This document shows positions 1 to 12,800 of a stretch of 64,000 nucleotides of DNA, piece after piece (positions within the stretch are counted from its first letter, which is position 1; the number at the start of each line of letters is the position of its first letter). The notes beneath the pieces were generated by a model. That model saw only the letters and a list, made by a program, of their open reading frames with translations, was not told the DNA's origin and ran no database searches. The translations under genes and the position numbers were made by a program. Source of the DNA: Ruditapes philippinarum (Eukaryota); contig NW_026854840.1 in NCBI RefSeq assembly GCF_026571515.1, positions 1-64,000 of the forward strand, read 5' to 3'.

Positions 1-2230
1 ATTTTCCCCTTTAAATTGAAAAAATTTTTCTGCTTTTTTTTCGCACCAAATAAACAAATTTTAAAAATTTAAAGAAATAATTTTATTTCAATAAGAAAAA
101 AATTTTTTGTCTTTTTTAATTAACTTTTAAAAAATTTTAATCTTAAAACAAAATTTAAAAAAACCCAGCTGTTTATGTTTTTCTGAATTTAAATTTACTT
201 GAAAAATGCCCTAAAGAAAATTAGAAAACCCCAAAGGCCCTTTTGGGTTCTTTCGTTGTAAAACCTAATTTAAGCTTAAAGTTTTTCAAAATGTGAAAGG
301 TTTCTGCCCGGTGCCAAAAATTTTTCCCCAAAGGTGCCCCCCTGAGGTCTTCCCCCCCAGTTAAAAAAATTTAATAAAAATTTAAAATTTTTAAAAAAAA
401 CCTCAAAAAAACATTTATATCCCCGAACTTTCCCGAAAACCCCAAATTTCTTTGAGGAGCTGGCTAAAAATTCAGGTTCATTTGACTTCTATATTTTTTT
501 GCCAAAAAATAGGGATAATTTTGAACATACAGGAAATAAAATACATTATTTAAAAAAAATTATGATAAATTAAGCTACATGCTCATGTTTAACTGTAAAG
601 TAGCTTCTGCAATGTAAACCTTCAAACTAAATGTTATACTGGACATGACACAATGTGTTCTAAATAATCAAAAGAAACAGAACATCGCTATATACCGCAA
701 ATAATCTGGGGTTTTTATCTAGCGCAAGTGATTATTCCATAAAATAGACATATAAATTGCTAAAATTATCCCTGTTTGAAAAGACCTGCGAAAAATTACA
801 CTGCGTCGTATCATATTTTATTCCAACTGCCGTTGCATCATTTCGTAAAACTCATTATTTTCTTAGAAAATAAACATCTCTTTCCAATTAAAATATTAGT
901 AAATGATGCAAAATTATATTTCTTCTAAACACTGTTGTGACTGCAGTTTTGATACAAAATCCAAAATGGTAATCTAGGTATTTGCGAAAAAGGCATGTTC
1001 CATAGAATCTGTCAAAAAATTGAGACAAGTTGAAAGCAACATTACAGATATTTGTCAAGAAATCAACTGAGGCCACCAACGGGAGCTTTACTTTCGAATA
1101 ACGTGAAGATATGCATAATCTATTGGCTCCGCAGGTGAAGTGGTTTTAGACCCCTGGTTGCTGAAACTTGAGGTTCCCCAAAATCATCTTTCTTGTTTCG
1201 GGGTCTATAGGACCTAAATTGTATAAGTGCGCTGTAAAAGCCAAACAAACAAATAAAAAAGTGGAATCCTTTCCTTCCTTTGGCTGAATTGCAAAATATC
1301 GATAACCAATGTTTAAAATTTGGTCAGTGTATCAAAGAGTTGTGTAATGGAATATAATTTATTGTGACGTTTTATTTTGACTGTATAAACTCGGACTACT
1401 ATTTGCTCACAGGAAATCACTTACTTTACTGTTAAAATGATATTTATGGTAATGATTTGATAACCGTTATTCCCTGCGGTCTGGAGACCCGCAGGGTATT
1501 GGTACGCGTTTAACTTTTGAGGCATGGAGGAGCACGTGACTTGTTTCGGTACATGGAGGAGCATGTGATCTGTAAAACCGTACATGATTGGTTAATTGAC
1601 CTTTTAGAAAACCTAGCTAAATACCGTTGCCGGTACGTTACGGATTTACCCTCTAAGGGAATTGTCCGAATTACACCTAATTAAGAACAAACAACTATTA
1701 CGTGATATTTTCTAATTTTCTATAATTATTTTACCGTTTTAAGGTGGAAAAACTTGAATGATGTGTTTGAAAATGATCAATGTATCTTTAAAATCTATCT
1801 CAAATTTTAAAAAACAATAAATTGTTCATACTGAAAATCTACAAAATTAAAATATTCGTAGTGGCATATGCCATAATAAATAGAGATATATTTTCTGCGT
1901 AAACTTGTGTGCGTAAACTTGTGTGTTTACTTTATTCTTTGTTTGCTCGGAATTATTCATAAAATGGCAGACCTATTTAATCATTTTATTAAAAACAAAT
2001 AATTGTTTTATGTTCGACCTTCTCCGGTCTTCAACGGTCACCAGTTTCCAAAGACCTTCTTTTATATTGATCGATTATTGTCAACAGTATATTCCTGATA
2101 CAAACGTTTATTTACCCCCCCCCCACAAACAATGATGAAAATAGTTCAATGAAATATCTTTATATCATTAAAAATGTTCCCCGCAGGAAACCATTTTACT
2201 TGTGCTTTACTTACTTGAGTATAATTGAAG

Positions 2231-2348
2231 GTATTGTAGCATTGTAAAGATAACACTTTTGCCGATCGCTGCCGTGATCAATGGGCAAGTTGTGCCAGAC
2301 ACAGCGAGTGTTCTTACATCGTGTAGTAATGGTGGTTCCGGGTTCAAT
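2231..2348 (+). pseudogene. Disrupted copy of the middle C-terminal-domain exon from a fourth paralog
   Basis: AG at 2229-2230 and donor gtcagt at 2349. Reads VL*HCKDNT/(frameshift)LPIAAVINGQVVPDTASVLTSCSNGGSGFN, homologous to gene B exon 46298-46429 (VMTKC...[31 protein letters not shown]). It is 118 nt versus 132 nt, with an in-frame TAG. Neighbouring exons were not found by eye. Confidence 0.75.
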
Positions 2349-3340
2349 GTCAGTATACTTACGTGTCGCATTGAAGGTTCCCTGATAACTGACATGCACA
2401 CATCTGCGAATATTCAATATTGTACAAGTTCATTTATGCTTAAGCCGTTGCTAAGGGGCGTAGCCGGTAGTTTCCACTTGACAGAACCGTCCATGAACAT
2501 GCTTAATCAAACCAAGCCTGCAACAATTTCAATTTTGCCGTGTTAAGCTTTCCTTAGGAATTATTTTCTCTATCTAATACCTGTTTTAAACGTTTAAATC
2601 TACATTTCGATATCCTTTATTGTGTTTATGACATTTAATACAATACAATTACACACATTATAACCTACTTGTTATGCTCCAAGAACGGGAACATAACTTG
2701 AAAACTCTTGGACATAATTTGTTTAAACTGCACACAGTGGTAGAGGGCACTGAGGCAAAGTGCAGTGCCTAAGAACCACAAATGTCCCGTTTTTAAAATT
2801 ATTTCCCCTTTTAGAAAAAAAATGTCCGTGGCATTCCTCTGAAACTACAAGAAATATAAACATAAAAACTTTGTTGGAAGATAAATCTCATTGGGTAGAT
2901 GTGCAGTGCAGAAGAACCGTTACACTGTTTTGCCTAATTTTGGAGTTATTGCCCATTGTTCATTTTTACACCTTTAACTTTGTCCGGGACATAACTCTGA
3001 AACTGCAAGAGATATTAACATAAAAATTTGTAGGTAGATAGATCTCATGAAATAGAAGTGCAATTTGAAAAGCTCTGCTGGAGTTATTGCCTTTTTCACA
3101 TTTTACACTGTGAACTTTGTGCGGGACATTACTGAAAAAATAAAGAGGTATCAACAAGAAAGTTTCACAAAAGGAAGTTTCAAAAGATCACATTTCAGCA
3201 GACGACACGATATTTAAACGAGACAAAACATGACACCATACAGATAAGTACAGTATACGAATACTTATACCGAAGGTTGAATAAATAGCCTTACTGTTGT
3301 AATTGTTCTCTGTAAATGACTTGCCATGTAAATACTGCTG

Positions 3341-5249
3341 TTTTAAGCTCACCTGAGCACGTCCGTCGTACGTCGTCCGTTGTCCGTTCACACTTTTCAA
3401 ACGACATCTCCTGTGAAACCATAAGGCAGATCATAATGAAACTTCACAGGGATGTTCCTTGTGTAAAGCCTTAACAAAGTTGTTCAAAGAATTCCATTCC
3501 ATGCAGAACTCTGGTTGCCATGGCAACCAAAAGACAAAACTTAAAAACATCTTCTTCTAGAAAATTTGGCATGAAACATCTTCTAGTGAATGTCTACCAA
3601 GATTGTTAAAAAAAATCTTCTTCTAAAAAACCCAAAGAGCTAGAACTTAGATATTTGGTATGAAACATGTTCTAATGGATGTCTACCAAGTTTGTTCAAA
3701 TAAAAGCCCTGGGGTCAAAATTGGCCCCGCCCCAGAGAGTCTTTGATTTTCCCTATATGCATATAGTAAAAACTTTAAAAAAAACTTCTTTTAAAGAACC
3801 CTAAGAGCTAGACCTAAGATATTAAGCATGAACTATCTTCTAATGAGTGTCTACCAAGATTGTTCAAATAAAAGCCCTGGGGCCAAAATTGGCCCCGCCC
3901 CAGGGGGTCATTGATTTTCCCTATATGCATATAGTAAAAGCTTAAAAAAATTTCTTTTACAGAACCCAAAAAGCTAGAGCTATGATATTTAGCATGAAAC
4001 ATGTTCTAATGGGTGTCTACCAAGTTTGTTCAAATAAAAGCCCTGGGGTCAAAATTGGCCCCGCCCCAGAGAGTCTTTGATTTTCCCTATATGCATAAAG
4101 TAAAAACTTTAAAAAATCTTCTTTTAAAGAACCAAAAGAGCTAGACCTAAGATATTAAGCATGAAATATCTTCTAATGAGTGTCTACCAAGATTATTCAA
4201 ATAAAAGCCCCGGGGTCAAAATTGGCCCCGCTCCAGGGGGTCATTGATTTTCCCTATATGTATATAGTAAAAACTTAAAAAAATTTCTTCTAAAAAACCC
4301 AAAGAGCTAGATCTTAGATATTTGGCATGAAACATGTTCTAATGGATGTCTACCAAGCTTGTTCAAATAAAAGCCCTGGGGTCAAAATTGGCCCCGCCCC
4401 AGGGGGTCATTGATTTTCCCTATATGCATATAGTAAAAACTTAAAAAAAATTCTTTTAAAGAACACAAAGAGCTAGAGCTAAGATATTTAGCATGAAACA
4501 TGTTCTAATGAGTGTCTACCAAGATTGTTCAAATAAAAGCCCTGGGGTCAAAATTGGCCCCGCCCCAGGGGTCTTTGATTTTCCCTATATGCATATAGTA
4601 AAAACTTAAAAAAAATCTTCTTTTAAAGAACCCAAAGAGCTAGAGCTAAGATATTTAGCATGACACATCTTCTAATGAGTGTCTACCAAATTTGTTCAAA
4701 TAAAAGCCCTTGAGTCAAAATTGGCCCCGCCCTAGGGGTCATTGATTTTCCCTATATACATAGAGTAAAAACTTAAAAAACTTTATTAAAGAACCCAAAG
4801 AGCAAGAGCTGAGATATCTGGCATGAAACATGTTCTAATGGATGTTTACCAGGTTTGTTAATAAAAGCCCTTGGGTCAAAATTGGCCCCGCCCTAGGGGG
4901 TCATTGATTTTCCCTATATTGCATATAGTAATTAAAAACTTAAAAATCTTCTTTTAAAGAACCCAAAGAGCTAGAGCTAAGATATTTAGCATGAAGCATG
5001 TTCTAATGGGTGTCTACCAAGTTTGTTCAAATAAAAGCCCTTGGGTTCCCCCTTGGCCCTGCCAGGGGGAAGGGGGCAAAAATCATTATTTTTCATTTTT
5101 TGTGTATAGTAAAAACTTAACATCATGAAACATCTTCTAATGGGTGTCTTCCAAGCTTGTTCAAATAAAAGCCCTTTGGTTTAAACTGGCCCCGCCTTCG
5201 GGGCCTATGTTCAGGTGAGTGACCCCAGGACCATCATGGCCCTCTTGTT
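3341..5249 (+). mobile_element. Non-autonomous Helentron-like (HINE/DINE-1/pearl-type) element carrying about 10 tandem ~167-bp repeats
   Basis: 5' T-run + agctcacctga, gtcc/gtc microsatellite-like tract, repeat anchor taaaagccc at 3701, 3869, 4035, 4202, 4368, 4534, 4701, 4862, 5032, 5166; 3' tcaggtgag (inverted copy of the 5' motif), short stem-loop ggaccatcatggccc, and terminal cttgtt. Confidence 0.8.
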
Positions 5250-6400
5250 TAAAATCTTCATGGTTTATTTACCTCATTTTTGTATCATGTATGATGCACT
5301 GAGAGAAATAAAGAATTTGAATTATAATAATCTTTATATTACATGATAAGTCTCTATATTGCATGGTTAAGGATTTCTTATTTTCGCCCTCACTCTCCCT
5401 CATGTTCGCCCGAAAATAAAACAATAATTTTCTATACTTGACTAGGAAAAAAAAAGACTATATCGTTTGCTACTTTATATTCTTTCAAAATTGTCAAACA
5501 ATATTCTCATACAATGCATAATTTATTTTATCATGTTTAATTTTATAAAGACAAAATATAAAAACAAATTTTCAATCAACATAATTATAAAGATACTTGA
5601 GATATTTGACAGTTTCGTTTCAACATGAAGCAACAATCACACGAACCAGTTATGTTGCTAGTACAGAAGCAAACCTCGAATCAACAACTGCGCCGCGAAA
5701 TAAGAAAGAGGGAAACGAAAACTATTTATCCCAAAGTTTTCCAAATACTACAAAGCAAAATAAATCAGAAAGTACTGAAACATTTAGTATGCTTGCCTAT
5801 AAGAGGACATAACTCACTATTTTGTTCATAATAATTGCAAGTTAGAAAAGTGAATGAAAAGTCGTTCTATTTGTAGAAGTTAAATTGTCTGTACACGAAA
5901 TAGACCAGTAAGCTATCTGAAAGCTGATAAAACTTTAACCTTTGCATGAGAAGAAAGCTATTGCAAAACGTTGAAAGTGAAGGTACGTAGTAAATTTAAT
6001 AAAATTAAAAAAAAAAGTTTTAAATAATATTAATATATAAATAATTATCAAGACATTGCATTTATTACGTTTCATTATTTCATCTTGCTGAAAAGTATTT
6101 TTATTTTTAGTTTGTTAACTGATAATGCATTTGCAATTTCAGTTTAAATTTAATAAAACTGAAATAATACTTTTAATGGTAAATGGCTAATGCTCTTATA
6201 TCAGATGCTCTTATATCCGTGAACTACATTTGCAAAGCCCGAAGACTAATTTAAAAGCCTGAGTCAACAGCGCGAGGGCTTCATCAAGTCCGAGGGCTTC
6301 CGCATATGTTAATGTAGTAAAAAGGTGCAATAGCAAACTATCGAATATATTCAAATATATTTTCGTTTGAGTTTATCAATCTCAATGAACTGTATCTTAA

Positions 6401-6722
6401 AGCAGCATGCCTCCAGAAGTGCCAGAACTATCAAGAAAATCAAATTTGAATTATTATACTAAGAGTTGATTTTTTAGAAGATGCATTACATTATTAATAA
6501 TTAATGTTCTTTGTTATAAATTTCTGATTTTGCAGTATTTGTCGCCAATCTATACTGGGTGACTTGCGCAATAAATGTATATTTTGACCTCTTTTTAGTA
6601 ATTTATTTGAATTGTGTCGGCTGCAATGTATAAATTACTTTCTTAGTTCATATCATATTTTTTTACTTTAACTTTCTAAATAAAAATCATTAAAATAAAC
6701 ATGAATCTGGAGGCATATTGCT
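6401..6722. mobile_element. MITE with TTAA flanks (Kolobok-like)
   Basis: ttaa|agcagcatgcctccaga ... tctggaggcatattgct|ttaa. Confidence 0.7.
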
Positions 6723-6808
6723 TTAACATTTTGAAAACAAGAATATTATTTAAAATGTGGACACAAATATAAATGATATAATGTGGGTTATCTTTTTGTC
6801 GTAGCGCA

Positions 6809-9800
6809 ATGAATTACATATGGATTACAGTCGCTGTTTTTCTCGTGTTGAGAGCAGAGGCAGCAACCGGGAAAACAAATGGTATATGTCATTCTTTATA
6901 TTATTGTTTAAAAAAATCTGCATGCAATTGTCTTTTAAAGCGGCCTTCAGTTTTTTCTAAAGGTTAAATATGCGAGTTTTAGATAAATTGTTTCATACTA
7001 TTGTCAAATCAAAAGAATTAAGGCCGAAAATGAAATAAACCGACGGTAAAATACATAAGGAACGATATAAACAAAAATGAAAATAGGCAAGGAAACCCCG
7101 TCATACCTCTAATCTACCGGTACGCTTTTTATATCTAAAAGCCGCTTTAAGGCATATATCTAACTGATTAAAATAAATTGAGTTCCTTTCAATACTCAAT
7201 AGTGCTCATAAGGGGGAGGGTCATACCTTAAGCCCTCCTTTTGTAGGATTTAAGAAACATAGTACATTATCATCTTTTCTATCACTGTCATTATTATTAT
7301 TATTATCAGCATTTCTTGCAATGTGATATATGTAGTTAACACATTATTTATTTAAGTTCAATTGCGTATGAAAACATGCTCTCGAGTCCGTTCCTGGAAC
7401 CAACTAGTACCTACGAATAAATGTTTAGTTTCACAACCACTTGCAATTTACATGGTTTGAACCCACGCGGTTTGTGATTCTTAGATTCCTACATATTATC
7501 ACTCTGCCAATAAATAGTTTTAGTCCATACTTTATATTGTATTGTTTACAAAATTAAAAAAGTTCTTTACTTATATATTATGCACTATTTTACATTTCAG
7601 CTAAAGTCAGTAGATTCCTTTATAGTCATCATGATAATCAGCCTGATTACCATAAAGTGGGTATGCTATATCAAAATATATTTGGCATATTTAGTATAAC
7701 AAACAAACAAGTGTACATATTATTATCCCTCGCCGATGAAATCGGGAGAGGAATATTGTTTTGGCGTTGTCTGTCCGTCCTTCCATCCGTCCGAATTTGG
7801 TTTCCGCGCTAGTTCTCTACAACTCCTGGCTAGAATTCAATGAAACTTTATGAGAATCATCAATATCAAGAGAAGATGCACATATCGTCGGCATGTTTCA
7901 GTCAGACCTTTAACACAGAGTTATGGTCCTTGATTAGTTATGGATTATGCATATAGAGCAAAAATCGTTTCCGCGCTACTTCTCTACAACTACTAGCTGG
8001 AATTCAACGTAACTTTATAGGAATCATCGATATCAAAAGGAGATGCGCATAACGTCGGCTTGTTCTGGTCAGAGCCTTTAACTCACAGTTATGGCCTTTT
8101 ATTAGTTATGCAGTATGCATATAGAGCAAAAATCGTTTTTGCGCTATTTCTCTGCAACTCCTGACCGGAATTCAACAAAACTTTATTGGAACCTTTAATA
8201 CCAAGAGGAGATACGCATATCGTCAGCTTGTTCCGGTCAGACACTATTAATCAGAGTTATGGCCCTTGATTAGTTATACAGTATGCATATAGAACAATAA
8301 TCGTTTCCGCGCTACTTCTCTGGAACTACTGGCTGGAATTCAACCAAACTTCATGGGAACCTTCAATACAAAGAGGAGATGCGCATATCGTTGCCTTGTT
8401 CCGGTCAGACACTTGAACTCAGAGTTATGGCCCTTGATTAGTTATGAAGTATGCATATAGGGCAAACTTTTTGGAACCTTAAAACCAAGAGGTAATGCGC
8501 ATATCGCCTTGTTCAGGTCAGACGCTAACTCAGAGTTATGACCCTTGATTATGCAGTATGCATATAGAGCAATATTTTTTTCCACGCTACTTGTCTGCAA
8601 CTACTGACTAGAATTCACTTAAACTTTATTGGAATCATTAATACTAAGATGAGATGTGCATAATTTGTTGCCTTGTTCAGACCAGACCCTTCATTACAGA
8701 ATTATGGCCCTTGATAAGTTATGTAGTATACATATAGAGCAATATTGCTATTTCTTTGCAACTGCTGTATTGATTTCAACAAAACTTTATAAGAACCATG
8801 GACACAAAAAGGCAATTAACCTCTCATTGCCATGTCCAGATATTACTATTTAACATCGAGTTAATTAAGGCTCTTTTCTTGCCCTGAATATTTATTATGT
8901 ACTAAAAATATTACTGTTTATGCCATGATAAATATATAAATAAAGCCTTACGTCTTCAGTTATTTTGTTAGTAATAACCAGTACTCGGCAGGGGGTATAA
9001 ATTCAACGAATTTGCTTGTTTTCATCTGTAAACGTCTTTAACATCCATGTTCTTCTGTTAAGTACATCATGTAAGACTTATTACAATGACCTTAAAATTC
9101 CTATATTTAATTTTATCAAACACTTCAAAAACAATTCGGAAAAAAAAACAGAAAAAAAAAAACAAAACTGTTAGAAAGACTTTTTAAAGAATATTATTTC
9201 CAGTCCGTTTCCTGGAACAAACCAGTACTAGTATCTTATGAAGAAAGTTGCAAGAACTTGTTTACAAGTCGAGTTTAAATATGTTTAAACAAAAGAATAT
9301 TATTGACACTTCCTTTCTTAACTTGTTCTTGCAGAATTTATACATTGCACTAAATTTAATGAAGTATAGATATGTTGTTTATTTCTTTATTAAGACCATT
9401 GTTCAAGACATCCGTGTCAAAACGGAGGAACTTGCGAAAATCACTCTTTGTACGCAACATGTAGGTGCACAGATGCTTACACAGGAAAACATTGTGAAAC
9501 ATGTATGCAATATTTCAATCTAGTTCTAGTATCATGCAATAATTAAAACGCTTTCGTTGTTTTTAACTTAGAGAATGACAATAAAAAAGATTATATTTGC
9601 ATTAGCTATTCTAAACAATTTAAGTGCCTTACAAAAAAAATAAAAATAATAACAAACAAAAAAGACCATAGACAGAATACGCACTGCGCTGGATTCAGGT
9701 TTGTAATAGAAAAATCCAATTACATATGTTTCATTCAAGTAAATCAAAACTGTTCCTCTGTCTTAACGAACGGGGAAGAGAAAAGGTACTTAAAACAATT

Positions 9801-12800
9801 GTCGACATCTGTTTGTGTCGTGTATGTGTGTGTTGAATAGGGATAATGGAGGGTCAGGAACGGCGTTTTATGTGCGTGCGTGTGAAGAAACGGTTCATGA
9901 TTTTAGCAAAATTTAATATGAATCCGATTTTTTCCAAAATAACAATTTATTCCTTTAATCGTTTGTATAAACGTTTAACAGAACAAATGCATTTACCAAT
10001 GACTGACATATGCTGATTTAGTTACTGACTTGTTATGTTATTAAATATGATATTTTTAGTAAAAGACCACTGTGCAAGCCATCCCTGTCAACATGGTGGA
10101 ACATGTCACAATGAGATGTCTTATCACCTTTTTTCGATGGCTCAATACAGATGCGAGTGTCAAACAGGCTGGATGGGTTTTAGCTGCGAAATCGGTACTA
10201 TTTCATTTCTGTATAAAATTTTCTTACGGTGGCAAAGAGGTGACATTTGCATTTGCAGTATTCTTTTCCTATCTTGAGGTCACATCTTATTATCTTGAGG
10301 TGACTTCAAGATGTTGTCTTATCGCTACAACATAATAAGTTGTGGCAACAATATAAAATAATATTGCAAATGTCACCTCTTTGCCACCGTATTTTCTAGG
10401 ATATCTGCTGTTTCTGTCCTAATAATCCTAGTGGTTGAACGTAATTTCAAAGTACTTATTCGAACTTATTATTGTTTTAAATATGTCAACATATTATTTT
10501 GCGACTTGCATTTCAATGACGAATTTCTGTCACAATCATCTTGTTTTGACGATTTTATTTCACTTGGAAATGATGTTAGGACATTCATACAAAAGACAAT
10601 GCTATTCGAATGGTTGAGGCCATTTAAAAACTATTATAACATAATTATAAGATTTTGTTTTCGTTTTTTTTTTCGTCTTTTTTTCCTTTTCTTTTTTCTT
10701 TGATTGGTCCGAAATCGGCGGTCAATTCACCTTACCCGCCTTCTTGTTTAATTTATCAGTGGTTATCAATTTTATACGCGAGTGACTGACTAATAATGAC
10801 ATAAGCGAATCAAATGCAGAAGAAAAGAGTTAATTCCTGAATTTTGTCAATAATATTTAACGCTTATTAATAAATTCAATGTAAATAACATTTGTCTCAT
10901 TCTTTGTTTTAATCATCGATAGTTGATCCCTGTTCAAACAATCCATGCCAAAATAGCGGTACATGCCATCATTCTTTACATCACCGACACGGATATTATT
11001 GCGCGTGCAGGACCGGATATGTTGGAGATTATTGTGAAACAGGTATTGATATATCCCTACCGAATAACAATTAAATTAACAACATTCACGTGTGCTTTTT
11101 TGTTAATAAATATGTTGTGGTGTATCAAATTATCTGATAATTATAGAATTAGACAGGTCAGGGATCAATGCTTTAACGGCTATAAACTTTCAAATAATTT
11201 TTGAAAAAAAATATATCAAAAGATAAAATTTCGTTATCGTTTATTCTGAAGATGTTAATTTCTAGTTCATTTAGTTGTCATTAAAAAAACTCACATTTTT
11301 CGCACTGTACCTCTGATCTGGCATGAACAGAAGTAACAGTTCCTTGCGAAAGTGAATGCAACTAGTACTAGTAAACAGCTTGACAGTTTGCACAGGAACG
11401 ATGCGGTGGGTGAATTGTGCTCTGACAAATTCAATGTGGCTTACTACCGCAATCTGGAGTGAAAACTACCAACACAACCACCACCGCCCCACTGCATCGG
11501 CTAAAGCAGAGTAGTGACACTGTAGTATTAGAATCAAGGGCCAGAAGAATATATTGCAACACTAAGTCATGTTATTTTTTCTTACCACCTAGATGTTAGC
11601 ACTACGTCAGATCCATGTGGAGACCAACCATGCAAAAATGGAGGTGGGTGTAAAAGCACAGGAGGTAGTTATGTGTGCACGTGCCCTCCTAATTGGTCAG
11701 GTACTAAGTGTGATACAGGTCAGTAACATTGTCCAATTAATGGAAATTATTTCCATCACGGAATTGCGTTCTTTATAAAATATTTATCATTTCTTATCAT
11801 GACGAAATAAATAATGCAGTCCAACTTCCACATACAAGCACTTCTTGAAAATGTATATTTTGGCTGTTGCTGGAGTATTATGCACGTTTTAAGTTTTTTT
11901 CTTGGTATTTTACCAAGTGTTTTGTATAGTTGAGGTTGCATTGTAATTTATGAAACAGGATTAAATAAATCAATTGTTGGATTTTTTTTAATTAAAAAAA
12001 ACAATTAAAACAATAAATATGTATTACATTTTGACAGAGTTCAAGATTATTTCAATCTTTTAGCATAGAACTTGCAAAATCACTTATATTGAAGAAAGTA
12101 ACGCAGGAATTATAATAGTTTCGCTGATAGATGCAAAAAACAAGAATAAAGATCAACAAGGCAAAGGCAACGTTCACAGGACGCAGTCCCCGACACACAA
12201 GTAGGGCACCCAGAAGGAGAAGGCACCAAACAAAAACCTGGAAAGGACATAATGGTGAAAGGAGTTGGACATGTAATGTGAAATAAAACTAAACTATAAA
12301 CTAAAGTCATGGACAAAAAAGAGCACCGCTGACAAATACATGTATATCTATAGTAATTCAAATTGGAAACAAGAGGGCCATGGTGGCCTCGAGTCGCTCA
12401 CCAGAAACAACTGCTTTTTAGTGTTGGAATGTCAATATATTCTAATATTAAATTTGAGCATAGAATATGTTTAAACAATAATTTGAAGAAATGCCATGAC
12501 CTGGGGCATTTAAGTTTTAGCTTAAATGGGGCTAATCAAATTAATATGAGCAAACTTGGTAAAGGACTTTCAAAGAATGCTACAAAGTTTTGTGATCATC
12601 TATCAATTATTTCAGTAGGAAATGATGTTCGAATGTTTTTTCTATTTTTAGCTTTAGTGGCCCCTTAAAGGGGCTAATCAAATTAATATAAGCAAACTTG
12701 ATAAAAGACTACCCAAGAATATTTCAGACAACGTTTGGTGATCATCCATCATTTGGTTATGAAGTAGAAGATGTTTAAAGGTTTTTCTATTTTTAGCTTA

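Noticed and set aside
3600-5200. Regular repeat arrays (also 7800-8800, 12500-13850, 25550-26750, 35605-36170) as CRISPR arrays
   Set aside because: Whole units repeat with no unique spacers, there are no cas genes, and the DNA is eukaryotic; these are satellites inside transposons or minisatellites.
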